DNA of 64,000 bases, taken from contig CAVTLK010000005.1 in NCBI GenBank assembly GCA_963735595.1, positions 288,001-352,000 of the forward strand, written 5' to 3'. Below are positions 41,110 through 51,006 of this stretch, piece after piece. Source of the stretch: an uncultured delta proteobacterium (GTDB lineage Bacteria > Desulfobacterota > Zymogenia > Zymogenales > Zymogenaceae). Position 1 is the stretch's first letter. The number at the start of each line of letters is the position of its first letter. The position numbers were made by a program, and so were the translations under genes. The notes beneath the pieces are model-generated. The model had not been told where the DNA came from. It saw only the letters and a program-made list of their open reading frames with translations, and did no database searches.

Positions 41110-42978
41110 ATGTTTGGGAATACGGGAAAGATCATCGAGGTGAATCTTACGACGGGCGCCGTGGAGCGAAAGACCCTGCCGGAGGAATACTACAAAAAGT
41201 ACATCGGCGGCAGCGGGCTGGCGGCGAAGCTCTTCTGGGACAGGGCAAACTACACGACGGACCCGCTGGCCCCCGAGGCGATGCTCGTTTTCATGAACGG
41301 GCCGTTTGCCGGTCTCAAGATGTCCGGCGCCAGCCGCAACAGCGTTGCCGGCCGCTCTCCCCTGACCGGCGTGTGGGGCGATTCCTCCTGCGGCGGTTAT
41401 TTTGCCCCGGAGCTCAGGTACGCGGGTCTTGACGGCATCGTCATCACCGGAAAGGCCGCGGCCCCCACGCTCATTATCATCCAGGACGACAAGGTTACGC
41501 TCGAGGCCGCCGCCCCGTACTGGGGAAAAGGGATTGAATCGGTCAACACCGAGCTGAAGGCTCAATATGGGAAAGACGCCCGGACCCTTCTCATCGGCCA
41601 GGCCGGAGAAAAGCTCGTCAAGTTCGCCAATATCATGAACGAGGCCCACCATGCCTTCGGCCGCGCCGGTTTCGGGGCCGTGATGGGCTCAAAAAACCTC
41701 AAGGGCATCGTGGTCAAGGCATCAAAAAAGGAGATGACGCTCGCGGACCCGGCCGCCTACGAGAAGCTCCGCAAGGAGGTCAACCCCGCCCTGAAGGAGG
41801 CGCTGGCCGCCGTCGTGCTCAACGAGAACGGCACCGCCGCCAACCTCGAAGGCGGGATGGTCAACGGAGACGTACCGGTCAAGAACTTCTCCTCGAACTA
41901 CAACGAGGAGATGGGATCAAAGCTAACCGGCTCAGAGTTGACCGACAACTACCTTACCAAGCGCGGTGCGTGCGCGTTCTGCGCGATCGCCTGCAAGCGC
42001 GTGGCCGAGGTCAAGGATGGACCCTGGAAGACCTCCGAAGGACCGGGGCCTGAGTACGAGACGATCGCGGCATTCGGATCGCTGCTGAACTCGGCGGATC
42101 TGGCCGCCACCGTCAAGGTAAACCGCATCTGCAACGATTACGGGGTCGATACGATCACCTGCGGCATGACCATTGCCTGGGCGATGGAGGCCTTCGAGAA
42201 GGGTCACCTGACCACGGCCGATACCGACGGGACAGAAATCCACTGGGCGGACATGGAGACGGTCATTTCCACGATCGTCCCGGCCATCGCGGAGCGCAAG
42301 GGCAATCTCGGCGCGCTCCTGGCCGAGGGGAGCGTTGCCGCCGCGAAGAAGATCGGCAAGGACTCCATCGACTACACCTGCCACAGCAAGGGAATGGAAG
42401 CGCCCATGCACGACCCCCGGGGCGGCGGGCACGGGCTTGCCCTCACGTACGCCACGAGCCCCCGCGGGGCCTGCCACGTCGCCACGCCGATGCTCTTCAT
42501 GGAGATGGGCGCCTGCTACTGGCCGGAGATCGGCTTCGAGTACGAACTGGAGCCGATGACCGACGAGAACAAGCCGGAATCCGCCGTTACATCCTGGGAG
42601 ATGGGCAGCATCGAAAACAGCGCCTGCTGGTGCCAGTTTGCCGATCGCGAGATGAAGATCGACCAGTGGGTGGATCTCTTCAATACCGTGGCCGGCTACG
42701 GATGGGATACCGCCGAGATGCTCAGGGCGGGAAGGCGCGTATTCTATCTGAAGCGGCTCATCAATTCACGCTTCGGGTTGACGTCAAAGGACGACGACCT
42801 GACGCCCCGGATGCTTGAACCTGCCCGCGACGGCCAGCCCGAGGGGATCGAAGTGAACCTGGCCGGGATGAGGGAGCGGTTCTACGAGCTCGTCGGTTTT
42901 GACCCGGACAAGGGAATTCCCACCCGACAGACGCTGTCGGACTACGGCATGGCCGACGAGGCGGCGGCCGTCTGGTAG
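41110..42978 (+). CDS. aor: aldehyde:ferredoxin oxidoreductase (AOR family, tungstopterin)
   Basis: YIGGSG, SPLTG, GRAGFGAVMGSKNLK, CAFCAIAC, PEYET, DPRG, RGACH. Confidence 0.95.
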   Translation: MFGNTGKIIEVNLTTGAVERKTLPEEYYKKYIGGSGLAAKLFWDRANYTTDPLAPEAMLVFMNGPFAGLKMSGASRNSVAGRSPLTGVWGDSSCGGYFAPELRYAGLDGIVITGKAAAPTLIIIQDDKVTLEAAAPYWGKGIESVNTELKAQYGKDARTLLIGQAGEKLVKFANIMNEAHHAFGRAGFGAVMGSKNLKGIVVKASKKEMTLADPAAYEKLRKEVNPALKEALAAVVLNENGTAANLEGGMVNGDVPVKNFSSNYNEEMGSKLTGSELTDNYLTKRGACAFCAIACKRVAEVKDGPWKTSEGPGPEYETIAAFGSLLNSADLAATVKVNRICNDYGVDTITCGMTIAWAMEAFEKGHLTTADTDGTEIHWADMETVISTIVPAIAERKGNLGALLAEGSVAAAKKIGKDSIDYTCHSKGMEAPMHDPRGGGHGLALTYATSPRGACHVATPMLFMEMGACYWPEIGFEYELEPMTDENKPESAVTSWEMGSIENSACWCQFADREMKIDQWVDLFNTVAGYGWDTAEMLRAGRRVFYLKRLINSRFGLTSKDDDLTPRMLEPARDGQPEGIEVNLAGMRERFYELVGFDPDKGIPTRQTLSDYGMADEAAAVW

Positions 42979-42983
42979 AGAGT

Positions 42984-43205
42984 ATGCGGATAGCGATACA
43001 GCCGATCGGCCTTATCAAGAAATACGTGTCTGCCGGCGATCGGGACGTCCAGGACGGCATCACGTCGCGCGGCCTCATCGAACTATTGGGCATTCCCCGG
43101 GAGCTCAAGATGGTATCGTATGTCAACGGGAAAAAGCGGCCCCTCGACGAGCCGCTGGCCGACGGCGACCAGGTGAAGCTGGTAACGCTGCTCACGGGCG
43201 GATAA
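42984..43205 (+). CDS. MoaD/ThiS-family sulfur carrier
   Basis: 73 aa, VNG..LADGD, C-terminal GG; directly follows aor. Confidence 0.9.
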   Translation: MRIAIQPIGLIKKYVSAGDRDVQDGITSRGLIELLGIPRELKMVSYVNGKKRPLDEPLADGDQVKLVTLLTGG

Positions 43206-43206
43206 T

Positions 43207-43534
43207 GACACCCACGTGATCTTTGTTCGCGCGGGGACCCTCATCAACCCGGAGACGTTGCGGGATACCATCGCCAATATCAAGGGAATCACGGAATTCC
43301 GGATCATCTTTACCAAGGAGGACGATAAGGACCCCTGCTCGATGGATAAGCTCCTTATCAAGATCGGGACCCCGGACTATGACGAGAAGGAGGTCGAACG
43401 GGAGGTCATCGAAGCGGCGCGCCAGGCCGTGGAAATGCGGCCCGACGTGATCTTCGTGCCCCCCCTCCGAGATATTCGACCCCAGCGCTGCCCTCACGGC
43501 GACGCGGGTGGTGGATTTGAGGCCGAAGGAGTAG
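43207..43534 (+). pseudogene. C-terminal remnant of a phenylacetate-CoA-ligase-like gene
   Basis: VRAGTLINP..EFRIIF..EMRPDVIFV; shifted frame EIFDP..ATRVVDLRPKE*; AMP-binding N-domain absent. Confidence 0.6.
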
Positions 43535-43804
43535 AATCGTTTCGCTCATCCAATTTACCGACACCACGGGGTGACAGGGCATCGGGCCCGTCACCCCGCT
43601 TTTTTTTCTTTCGTTGCGGGGTTGTTCCCTGGCAGATGCACAGGCCCGCGATCTACCCCACCGGCGCCGTTGCCGTAAAAAGGGTGATACGGCGCACGGC
43701 ACGATATTATTTTTTGCGCTACGGTGATAATTCAGGGCCGGCAGTATAAAAGGCCGTTTGGTGGTATAATGATTCATTGCATTTGTCAATGGTATGGAGG
43801 GACC

Positions 43805-44908
43805 ATGAAGAAAAAGCTCTTTATCCCAATTATTCTCCTGCTTTCCTTTCTGTTTGCCGTCTCGGCGTTTGCCGAAGACTGCATCCCGTTTAATCCCGAT
43901 AACTGCAAGGTCGAGCTTATCGGCGGGAACTGGAAGATTACCGACGGGAGCATGTGGCTTTTGGACTTCGCCGGCAACAAGGAAGAAGCCTACAAGGCGC
44001 TGGAGGTCATCAAGCATTACCGTTTAAACGGCCAGTGCTTCGTGGGGAGGCCGAATCCGTCCCTGGAGTACTGGCTTGTTAATGGGGCGGCCCCAACGGG
44101 AAGTATCGCTGGGGAGGACTGCATCTCCTTTAATCCCGGCAACATCCAGGTCTCTTTCGTGGGGGGGAACTGGAAGATCGTCGAGGGTAGCCACTGGATT
44201 CTTGACTTCGGACAGAATAAGGCCGAGGCGTACGAGGCCTACGATATCATCAAGAAATACGGCTTTTCAGAGATATGCTACGTGGGCAGGCCCTATCCCT
44301 CGATGACCTATTTTAAGGCGCCCGCCTTCGGCCCGATTACTCCCATCGGTCCCATAGGCCCAATAGGCCCGATAGGCCCGGTTGGACCCGTCGGCCCGGT
44401 TGGCCCGATTGGTCCAATTGGCCCGATTGGTCCGATAGGCCCGATCGCCCCGCCCGCCGAGGACTGCATCTCCCACAACGTGGATAACCTCACCGTTGAG
44501 TTTATTAATGGCTCGTTCAAGATCGTGGACGGGAGCCACTGGCTTCTGGATTTCGGGCTTAACGTGCTGGACGCCAAGCGGTCGCTTGATATCATCAAGT
44601 ACTACCGGATGGACAGCCACTGCTTCGTGGGCAGGCCCAACGCTCCCTTCGAGTATTGGCTGGTGGGCGGCGCCGCACCGATGGGTGATATTGGCGGGGA
44701 GGACTGTATCTCGTTCAACCCCAATACCATCGAGGTCAAGTATGTCTCGGGCCGCTGGAAGATCGTGGACGGGAGCCACTGGATGTTTGACTTTGACCAG
44801 AATCAGGAGAACGCCAAGAAGGCCTACAATATCATCAAGTACTACGGATTTACCAAAATCTGCTACGTAGGCAGGCCCAACGCAAAATTCATCTACCTTA
44901 AGAAATAG
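43805..44908 (+). CDS. secreted four-repeat Cys-containing protein with collagen-like linker
   Basis: GGAGG RBS, signal peptide ending AFA; 4x EDC..WKIxDG..W..DF..IIKxY..C(F/Y)VGRP; (GPI/V)11. Confidence 0.88.
   Translation: MKKKLFIPIILLLSFLFAVSAFAEDCIPFNPDNCKVELIGGNWKITDGSMWLLDFAGNKEEAYKALEVIKHYRLNGQCFVGRPNPSLEYWLVNGAAPTGSIAGEDCISFNPGNIQVSFVGGNWKIVEGSHWILDFGQNKAEAYEAYDIIKKYGFSEICYVGRPYPSMTYFKAPAFGPITPIGPIGPIGPIGPVGPVGPVGPIGPIGPIGPIGPIAPPAEDCISHNVDNLTVEFINGSFKIVDGSHWLLDFGLNVLDAKRSLDIIKYYRMDSHCFVGRPNAPFEYWLVGGAAPMGDIGGEDCISFNPNTIEVKYVSGRWKIVDGSHWMFDFDQNQENAKKAYNIIKYYGFTKICYVGRPNAKFIYLKK
44330..44446 (+). repeat. 9-nt-period coding repeat (Gly-Pro-Ile/Val)
   Basis: GPI TPI then 11 uninterrupted GP[IV] triplets with varied synonymous codons. 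Confidence 0.95.
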
Positions 44909-44913
44909 GTGAC

Positions 44914-44947
44914 AGGGGGGGCGGCGCGGGCCGCCCCCCTCTTTTTT
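44914..44947 (+). terminator. intrinsic terminator
   Basis: GGGGGCGGC..GCCGCCCCC stem followed by a T tract. Confidence 0.85.
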
Positions 44948-45002
44948 ACAGCGGTCCGGCGTGTGTCCAGAGGGATAGCGAAGGGCGGGCAAGGCCGGCG
45001 TT

Positions 45003-45039
45003 AAAAGCAAGACACCCCCGCCGAGCCGGCGGGGGTGTC
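45003..45039 (-). terminator. intrinsic terminator of the GTPase gene
   Basis: 13-bp perfect stem 45011-45039, followed by TTGCTTTT on the minus strand. Confidence 0.75.
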
Positions 45040-45059
45040 CAGTGAATATCCCTATGTGG

Positions 45060-45656
45060 TTACAGAAACCTGCTCTTGCTTGCCTTGATGACCTCGGTGG
45101 TGATGCCCTTGAGGGCCTCCATGACCTGCTGACCGCTGACGGCGACGGATAAGAACTCGGGATTGTTCCTTGGGTTAAGGGCGCCGGTCATCTCCTCGAC
45201 GGACAAAAGGTCGGTGAGGTCCCGCTTGTTATACTGCATAACAACGGGGAATACCCGGGGATCCTGGTTGTGGGCAGCCAGGATTTCGTCGAGATCGGCC
45301 CGCGAGAAGAGGTTGTCGGGCATCCTGTTCTTCTGCGAATCGGCCACAAAAACAACACCGTCGGCCCCCTTCATGACGGACCGGCGCGTTTCCTCATACC
45401 GCACCTGTCCCGGTACGGTGTAGAGCTCAAAGCGCATCTTGATCCTGCCCCTGCCGAACTGCGCGGTCAGGGAGACGTCAAAAAAATCGAAGAAGAGCGT
45501 CCGATCCTCCATCGTGTTAATGGAGACGAACCGCCCCTTGATTTCCGGCGCCAGATGAGAATGGATATAGCGGAGGTTGGTAGTCTTCCCGCCCTGGCTG
45601 GGACCAAAATAGACGATTTTCATGACCATTTCTTTTTTGGTCCAATTGATTCTCAT
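45060..45656 (-). CDS. MglA-family small Ras-like GTPase (orphan)
   Basis: KIVYFGPSQGGKTTNL, DRTLFFDF, LYTVPGQ, GADGVVFVADS, YNKRDL. Confidence 0.92.
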   Translation of the reverse strand: MRINWTKKEMVMKIVYFGPSQGGKTTNLRYIHSHLAPEIKGRFVSINTMEDRTLFFDFFDVSLTAQFGRGRIKMRFELYTVPGQVRYEETRRSVMKGADGVVFVADSQKNRMPDNLFSRADLDEILAAHNQDPRVFPVVMQYNKRDLTDLLSVEEMTGALNPRNNPEFLSVAVSGQQVMEALKGITTEVIKASKSRFL

Positions 45657-45969
45657 TGGGGCCCGTCAAAATATTAGAATAAAATATACAAAATTATACC
45701 CATATTAGACCGCTTTGTAAAATGATTTAGCGCTAAAACGAGGGGCACGGGCGTCTTTTTCGCGCCTCGTGCCCGATTGATGGTACCTTCTAAGGCTTCT
45801 GTCGATGGGGGCCGAACCGGAGATTCCCCTGCCACGGCCCGAATTGGCGACGCCGGCAATTCGGACGACGATTCAGTCCCTTCTCGTACGGCTGCCGGGA
45901 TTGCGGCGCCGCCCGACTTCTTATCGGTCGTCGCAAGCCGCCTTTTCCCGAACAAACGGGCGGTTTTTA

Positions 45970-45999
45970 TTGACATCGATACGACCGCTCCATTATAAT
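45970..45999 (+). promoter_or_regulatory. consensus sigma70 promoter
   Basis: TTGACA-18 nt-TATAAT upstream of the ldt-kdsB-pyrG-kdsA run. Confidence 0.75.
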
Positions 46000-46044
46000 T
46001 CATTAGTTGACTCATCATTGATTGCCTGTTTGGGGGTCCACCCT

Positions 46045-47148
46045 ATGCGTCGAATAAACGCCGTACTGCTCGTCGGCCTTATCGTCCTTCTGGTTATCAC
46101 CGGTTGCGGCTCACCGATAATACCGGGCAGGACTAAACCCTTCGTGAACGTCTATAATGGCTGCAACTCCTATTGCACAAAGGTCGGAGTCGTCGGGCTC
46201 GCCCGGGAGATCAACAAGAAACTGGTCGAGGCGGAGTATATCGTCGGGGAACCGAAAAACCTCTCCAACTATAAAGTTATAACCGAGATCGTCTACAACC
46301 CTGCCGATGAACGGGCGGCGAAGGATATCCAGGAGACCCTGGAGGTTGGTAAGCTCATCCCGCAGCAGGATCTTACCGCCGGCGGCGTACAGGTCATCCT
46401 CGGTATGGACTCGGTCGTCGGGGCCTTTCCCACAATGGAAATCGATAACAAGATTCTGATACTCAACTCCACCAGAAAAAGGGGTCTGGCCAAGGAGATG
46501 TCCACCAACATAAATCGCGGGCTTACCAAGAAATACGATTTTTACACCTCCGACGACGCCGATCGATATTTCTATGAGACGGTGACCTACTATCCACCGT
46601 CACTGGAGGTATCGGCCAAGGAGGTCTTTGCCACTGTGGCGGTGGGCAGGATGGAGCCGGTCGAAAAACTCAAGGACATCGTCGTAGTGCTGGGGCTTGA
46701 GTTTGACCCCAGGACCAAGGAACGCCTCGGGATACCCGAAGCGGCCGAGGTCCCCGCGGTCAAGGTTGTCGTGGATAAGACCGATTTCACGCTCTTCGTC
46801 TACGATCTCTCCGGCAACCTCCTGGCCTCCTTTCCGGTCTCCATCGGCAAGAACCCCGACCTTGGCGACAAGAAACAAGCCGGAGACGATCGAACCCCCG
46901 AGGGCTCGTTTACGGTATCCGGCATCGAGGACAGCTCCGCCTGGACATTCGAAGGAAGGCCGGCCTATGGCCCGTGGTTCATCAGCCTGGCCACCCCCCC
47001 CTTCTCGGGCATCGGTATTCACGGCACCGACGAGCCGGACAAAATCGGAACGGCGGTGTCCGAGGGGTGCATCAGGATGAGAGACGAAGACCTCGAACGA
47101 CTGATGTCGTATGTCAAAGTCGGGACGATTGTGGACATCCGCCACTAA
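46045..47148 (+). CDS. L,D-transpeptidase (YkuD) lipoprotein with two LytR_C-like domains
   Basis: Lipobox ITGC; two VxN..GLA..T..Y..VxLG units; TPEG, IGIHGT..SEGCIRM. Confidence 0.88.
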   Translation: MRRINAVLLVGLIVLLVITGCGSPIIPGRTKPFVNVYNGCNSYCTKVGVVGLAREINKKLVEAEYIVGEPKNLSNYKVITEIVYNPADERAAKDIQETLEVGKLIPQQDLTAGGVQVILGMDSVVGAFPTMEIDNKILILNSTRKRGLAKEMSTNINRGLTKKYDFYTSDDADRYFYETVTYYPPSLEVSAKEVFATVAVGRMEPVEKLKDIVVVLGLEFDPRTKERLGIPEAAEVPAVKVVVDKTDFTLFVYDLSGNLLASFPVSIGKNPDLGDKKQAGDDRTPEGSFTVSGIEDSSAWTFEGRPAYGPWFISLATPPFSGIGIHGTDEPDKIGTAVSEGCIRMRDEDLERLMSYVKVGTIVDIRH

Positions 47149-47200
47149 CGACCGAACCGCAGGCGGGAGCGGTATCGCGTTACTCCCAGGAAAGGGGCCG

Positions 47201-47965
47201 ATGGGCGAAAAAAGGAACAGGGTTGTTGCGGTGATACCGGCCCGGTACGGGTCCACCCGGTTTCCCGGGAAGCTCCTCGCGACGCTTGCGGGCAGGCCCG
47301 TAATCGAATATGTCGTCAGGAGGGCGAAACTTGCCGTGTCTGTCGATCGTGTGCTGGTGGCGACCGATGACGAGCGGATCTTTGCCTGCGTAAAGGGATT
47401 CGGCGGAGAGGTCGTTATGACGTCGGCCGATCATCCCACGGGCACCGACCGGATCGGAGAGGCCGTGAGGGACATCCCGTGCGATATCGTCGTGAACGTC
47501 CAGGGGGACGAGCCGGCGGTGGACCCGGCGGCCATAGACGCTGCGGTCGCGCCGCTCCTGACGGATACGACGCTGGTGATGTCTACGCTTGCCACGCCGA
47601 TTACCGATATAGACGACCTCGTCTCCCCTCACGTGGTCAAGGTCATCACCGATATCAACGGCAATGCGCTCTATTTTTCCCGGAGCGTGCTGCCCGGTTC
47701 CCGGGAGGGGAATTACGACGTATCGTCGGGACAATACCGGTGGCACATCGGGCTGTACGTATTCAAGCGGGATTTCCTGTTGACCTTTATCGGCCTCGGC
47801 CGGACGCCGCTTGAGAAGGCCGAAAACCTCGAGCAGCTTCGCGCCCTCGAACACGGCTACCCAATCAGGGTGATAACCACCCCGTATACCGGAACGGATA
47901 TAAACACACCGCAGGACCTCGTCCGGCTCGAACGGCTTATTGCGGACGGAAAGCTGGTTTTATGA
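47201..47965 (+). CDS. kdsB: CMP-KDO synthetase
   Basis: [39 protein letters not shown]. Confidence 0.96.
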   Translation: MGEKRNRVVAVIPARYGSTRFPGKLLATLAGRPVIEYVVRRAKLAVSVDRVLVATDDERIFACVKGFGGEVVMTSADHPTGTDRIGEAVRDIPCDIVVNVQGDEPAVDPAAIDAAVAPLLTDTTLVMSTLATPITDIDDLVSPHVVKVITDINGNALYFSRSVLPGSREGNYDVSSGQYRWHIGLYVFKRDFLLTFIGLGRTPLEKAENLEQLRALEHGYPIRVITTPYTGTDINTPQDLVRLERLIADGKLVL

Positions 47966-49554
47966 GAAAAACGAAGTTTATTTTTGTCACGGGCGGCGTC
48001 CTTTCCTCCCTCGGCAAGGGACTTACCGCGGCCTCGGTGGGCGCGCTTATGGAAAGCCGGGGGCTTACGGTCACCTTCCTGAAGCTCGATCCTTATATCA
48101 ATGTCGACCCCGGCACCATGAACCCCTTTCAGCACGGAGAGGTCTTCGTTACCGACGACGGGGCCGAGACCGATCTCGACCTCGGCCACTACGAGCGGTT
48201 TACCTCGGCGGTGCTGGGCAAGGCCAACAACATCACGACCGGAAAGATCTACGATTCGGTCATCACCAAGGAGCGGCGGGGAGAATACCTGGGCGGCACG
48301 GTGCAGGTTATCCCCCACATCACCGATGAGATCAAGAATCACATCCTTTCGCTGGCCGACGGCGTGGATATAGTGATCGTGGAGGTCGGGGGAACCGTGG
48401 GCGACATCGAGAGCCTCCCCTTTCTCGAGGCGATCCGCCAGCTGCGCTGGGACCTCGGGGAACACAGCGCCCTCTATATGCACGTGACGCTGGTCCCCTA
48501 CATAAAGGCCGCCGGCGAGCTGAAGACCAAGCCGACCCAGCATTCCGTCATGAAGCTTCGGGAGATCGGTATCCAGCCGGACGTCCTGATTTGCCGCGGC
48601 GAGCAAGTGCTGTCGATGGATATCAAGAAAAAGATCGCGCTCTTCTGCAACGTGGACGTGAATGCGGTCGTATCGGCGGCGGACGTGGAGTGGATCTACG
48701 AGGTACCCCTGATGTTCAACCGGGAGGGGCTCGATGACCGGTTGATCGAAAAGCTCAATATGTGGACCAAGGCCCCCAATCTTTCGGTGTGGGAGGGAAT
48801 CGTCCATAAGCTCAAGAACCCCGCCTCCGAAGTAACAATTGCCGTGGTGGGAAAATACGTAAACCTGGTCGAATCGTATAAGAGCCTCAACGAGGCACTG
48901 GTTCACGGCGGGATTCCGAAGGGCATCAGGGTAAAACTGGATTACGTGGACGCGGAGCGGATCGAGGCCGAGGGGCCCGAAGAGCTCCTTGGAGCGGCCG
49001 ACGGAATCCTGGTGCCGGGAGGTTTCGGTTCGCGGGGGATAGAGGGGAAAGTGGCGGCGGCCCGCTACGCCCGGGAACGCAACATACCCTATTTCGGTAT
49101 TTGCCTGGGCATGCAGGTTGCCGTGGCCGAGTTCATGCGCACGCTCTGCGGGTACGAGGGCGCCAACTCCACCGAATTTGACGACAATACGAACTGCCCC
49201 ATCATCGACCTGATGCCGGATCAGAAGAACATAGATAAGCTCGGGGGCACCATGCGCCTCGGGGCATTCGAGTGCCTCCTGAAGGAGGGGACCATAGCCT
49301 ACCGGGCCTACCGGACGACGACCATCCGTGAGCGGCACCGCCACCGGTTCGAGTTCAACAACACCTACCGAACCGAGGTACAAGACAAGGGGATGGTAAT
49401 CTCGGGCGTCAACCCCCAGCGCGACCTGGTCGAGGTTATCGAGCTGCCCGATCATAAGTGGTTTCTCGGGTGCCAGTTCCACCCGGAGTTCAAGTCGCGC
49501 CCCACGGCGCCCCACCCGCTGTTCGTTGCATTTGTCGAGGCGGCGGCATCATGA
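47962..49554 (+). CDS. pyrG: CTP synthase
   Basis: [43 protein letters not shown]. Confidence 0.99.
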   Translation: MRKTKFIFVTGGVLSSLGKGLTAASVGALMESRGLTVTFLKLDPYINVDPGTMNPFQHGEVFVTDDGAETDLDLGHYERFTSAVLGKANNITTGKIYDSVITKERRGEYLGGTVQVIPHITDEIKNHILSLADGVDIVIVEVGGTVGDIESLPFLEAIRQLRWDLGEHSALYMHVTLVPYIKAAGELKTKPTQHSVMKLREIGIQPDVLICRGEQVLSMDIKKKIALFCNVDVNAVVSAADVEWIYEVPLMFNREGLDDRLIEKLNMWTKAPNLSVWEGIVHKLKNPASEVTIAVVGKYVNLVESYKSLNEALVHGGIPKGIRVKLDYVDAERIEAEGPEELLGAADGILVPGGFGSRGIEGKVAAARYARERNIPYFGICLGMQVAVAEFMRTLCGYEGANSTEFDDNTNCPIIDLMPDQKNIDKLGGTMRLGAFECLLKEGTIAYRAYRTTTIRERHRHRFEFNNTYRTEVQDKGMVISGVNPQRDLVEVIELPDHKWFLGCQFHPEFKSRPTAPHPLFVAFVEAAAS

Positions 49555-50441
49555 CTATGACGGTGAAGATCGGGCAAATCGCAATGGGGGGCGGCAGGCC
49601 CTTTGTCTTGATTGCGGGCCCGTGCGTGATCGAGACGGAGTCGATGGCGCTTGCCGTGGCAGAAGAGATCAAGCGAATCACGGACGGGCTTTCGGTGCCT
49701 TTCATCTACAAATCGTCCTACGATAAGGCCAACCGCACCAGCATAGATTCTCCCCGGGGTCCGGGGATTGAGAAGGGGCTGGCCATACTGGATAGGGTCA
49801 AGCGGGAGATCGGGGTACCGGTGCTCTCGGACGTCCATACCGTAGACGAGGTCGCCCGGGCGGCCGAGGTCCTGGACGTGATCCAGATACCGGCCTTCCT
49901 CTGCCGCCAGACGGATCTCCTGGTTGCCGCCGCCAAGACCGGCAGGCCGGTCAACGTTAAAAAAGGGCAGTTTATGGCCCCCGATGACGTATCCGGCATC
50001 GTCCAAAAGGTCAGGGGCGCCGGCAACGATTCGGTCATTATCACCGAGAGGGGGTCGTCCTTCGGGTATCACAACCTCGTGGTCGATTTTCGGTCGCTGG
50101 TCGTCATGCGAACGGAGCTGCCGATCGTAGAAGACGGCGCGCGCACGACGCTCCCGCCGGGGCGGCACCCTGCGGTGGTCTTTGACGCGACCCACAGCGT
50201 GCAGCTGCCGGGCGCCCAGGGGGCGACTACCGGCGGCGACCGGCGGTTTATCCCCTATCTGGCCCTCGGGGCGGCGGCGGTCGGGGTGGACGGTATATTT
50301 ATGGAGGTGCATCCGGACCCGCCCCGCGCGCTCTGTGACGCCACCAATCAGTTCTATCTCAAGGACCTGCCCGCGCTGCTGGGACGTCTGGCTGCCGTCG
50401 ACGTCCTTACCAAGCAGTGGGAGGAAATAGGAGTCAGCTGA
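49551..50441 (+). CDS. kdsA: KDO8P synthase
   Basis: [37 protein letters not shown]. Confidence 0.97.
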   Translation: MTMTVKIGQIAMGGGRPFVLIAGPCVIETESMALAVAEEIKRITDGLSVPFIYKSSYDKANRTSIDSPRGPGIEKGLAILDRVKREIGVPVLSDVHTVDEVARAAEVLDVIQIPAFLCRQTDLLVAAAKTGRPVNVKKGQFMAPDDVSGIVQKVRGAGNDSVIITERGSSFGYHNLVVDFRSLVVMRTELPIVEDGARTTLPPGRHPAVVFDATHSVQLPGAQGATTGGDRRFIPYLALGAAAVGVDGIFMEVHPDPPRALCDATNQFYLKDLPALLGRLAAVDVLTKQWEEIGVS

Positions 50442-50557
50442 TCGGCGGCCGCCGGGTAATCCGACGCCGGGTGCTCACGGATACGTCATAGAGCGTGAAA
50501 AGGCGTCCACGGGGCTACTATTTAATTAAGAATATCTAATTTCCGGCAATCTTTTGC

Positions 50558-50586
50558 TTGACAAAGGGTTGCTAATATTATACTAT
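50558..50586 (+). promoter_or_regulatory. sigma70-type promoter
   Basis: TTGACA-17 nt-TACTAT in AT-rich DNA. Confidence 0.7.
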
Positions 50587-50676
50587 TTTAACTCCATGGG
50601 CTATTTTTTGTAAGTTTTGTTGGGAAAACAATAGGGGAAGTTTTAATTGTTTTCTTGAAAGGAGGTGAAAAACCTG

Positions 50677-50991
50677 ATGAGGAAAGTATTAATAGCTATT
50701 ATGGTTGTGGCATTTGCGGCAACGCTGTTCGGCTGCTGTTTCATGAACGCCAAGCGAGGGATCGCGGACGCTCAGAGTGCAGTTGATCAGGCCAAAGCGA
50801 AAGGTACCATTACCTGTGCTCCTTACGAGACGGCCAGCGCCATCGCGTATCTCGGCGGCGCCAAGGAGGCTTGGGGAGATAAGGATTGGTGCATGGCGTT
50901 GGAGTGGGCCAACAAGTCCAAGAAGATGGGCGACGCAGCTCTGGCAGCTCCTCCGTGCGCAGTATCACCGTGCTTATCGATGATGGATTAA
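50677..50991 (+). CDS. small helical Cys-rich lipoprotein (DUF4398-like)
   Basis: AGGAGGT RBS, lipobox LFGC; AxxAxxxAKAxG..APYE..A pattern. Confidence 0.7.
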   Translation: MRKVLIAIMVVAFAATLFGCCFMNAKRGIADAQSAVDQAKAKGTITCAPYETASAIAYLGGAKEAWGDKDWCMALEWANKSKKMGDAALAAPPCAVSPCLSMMD

Positions 50992-51006
50992 TGGAGGTAA
51001 TTATAA

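Noticed and set aside
47857..49515. Long antisense ORFs (also 3479-4783, 8080-9459, 12190-13527, 58983-60428)
   Set aside because: Shadows of well-conserved genes caused by high GC3 codon bias; no recognisable motifs
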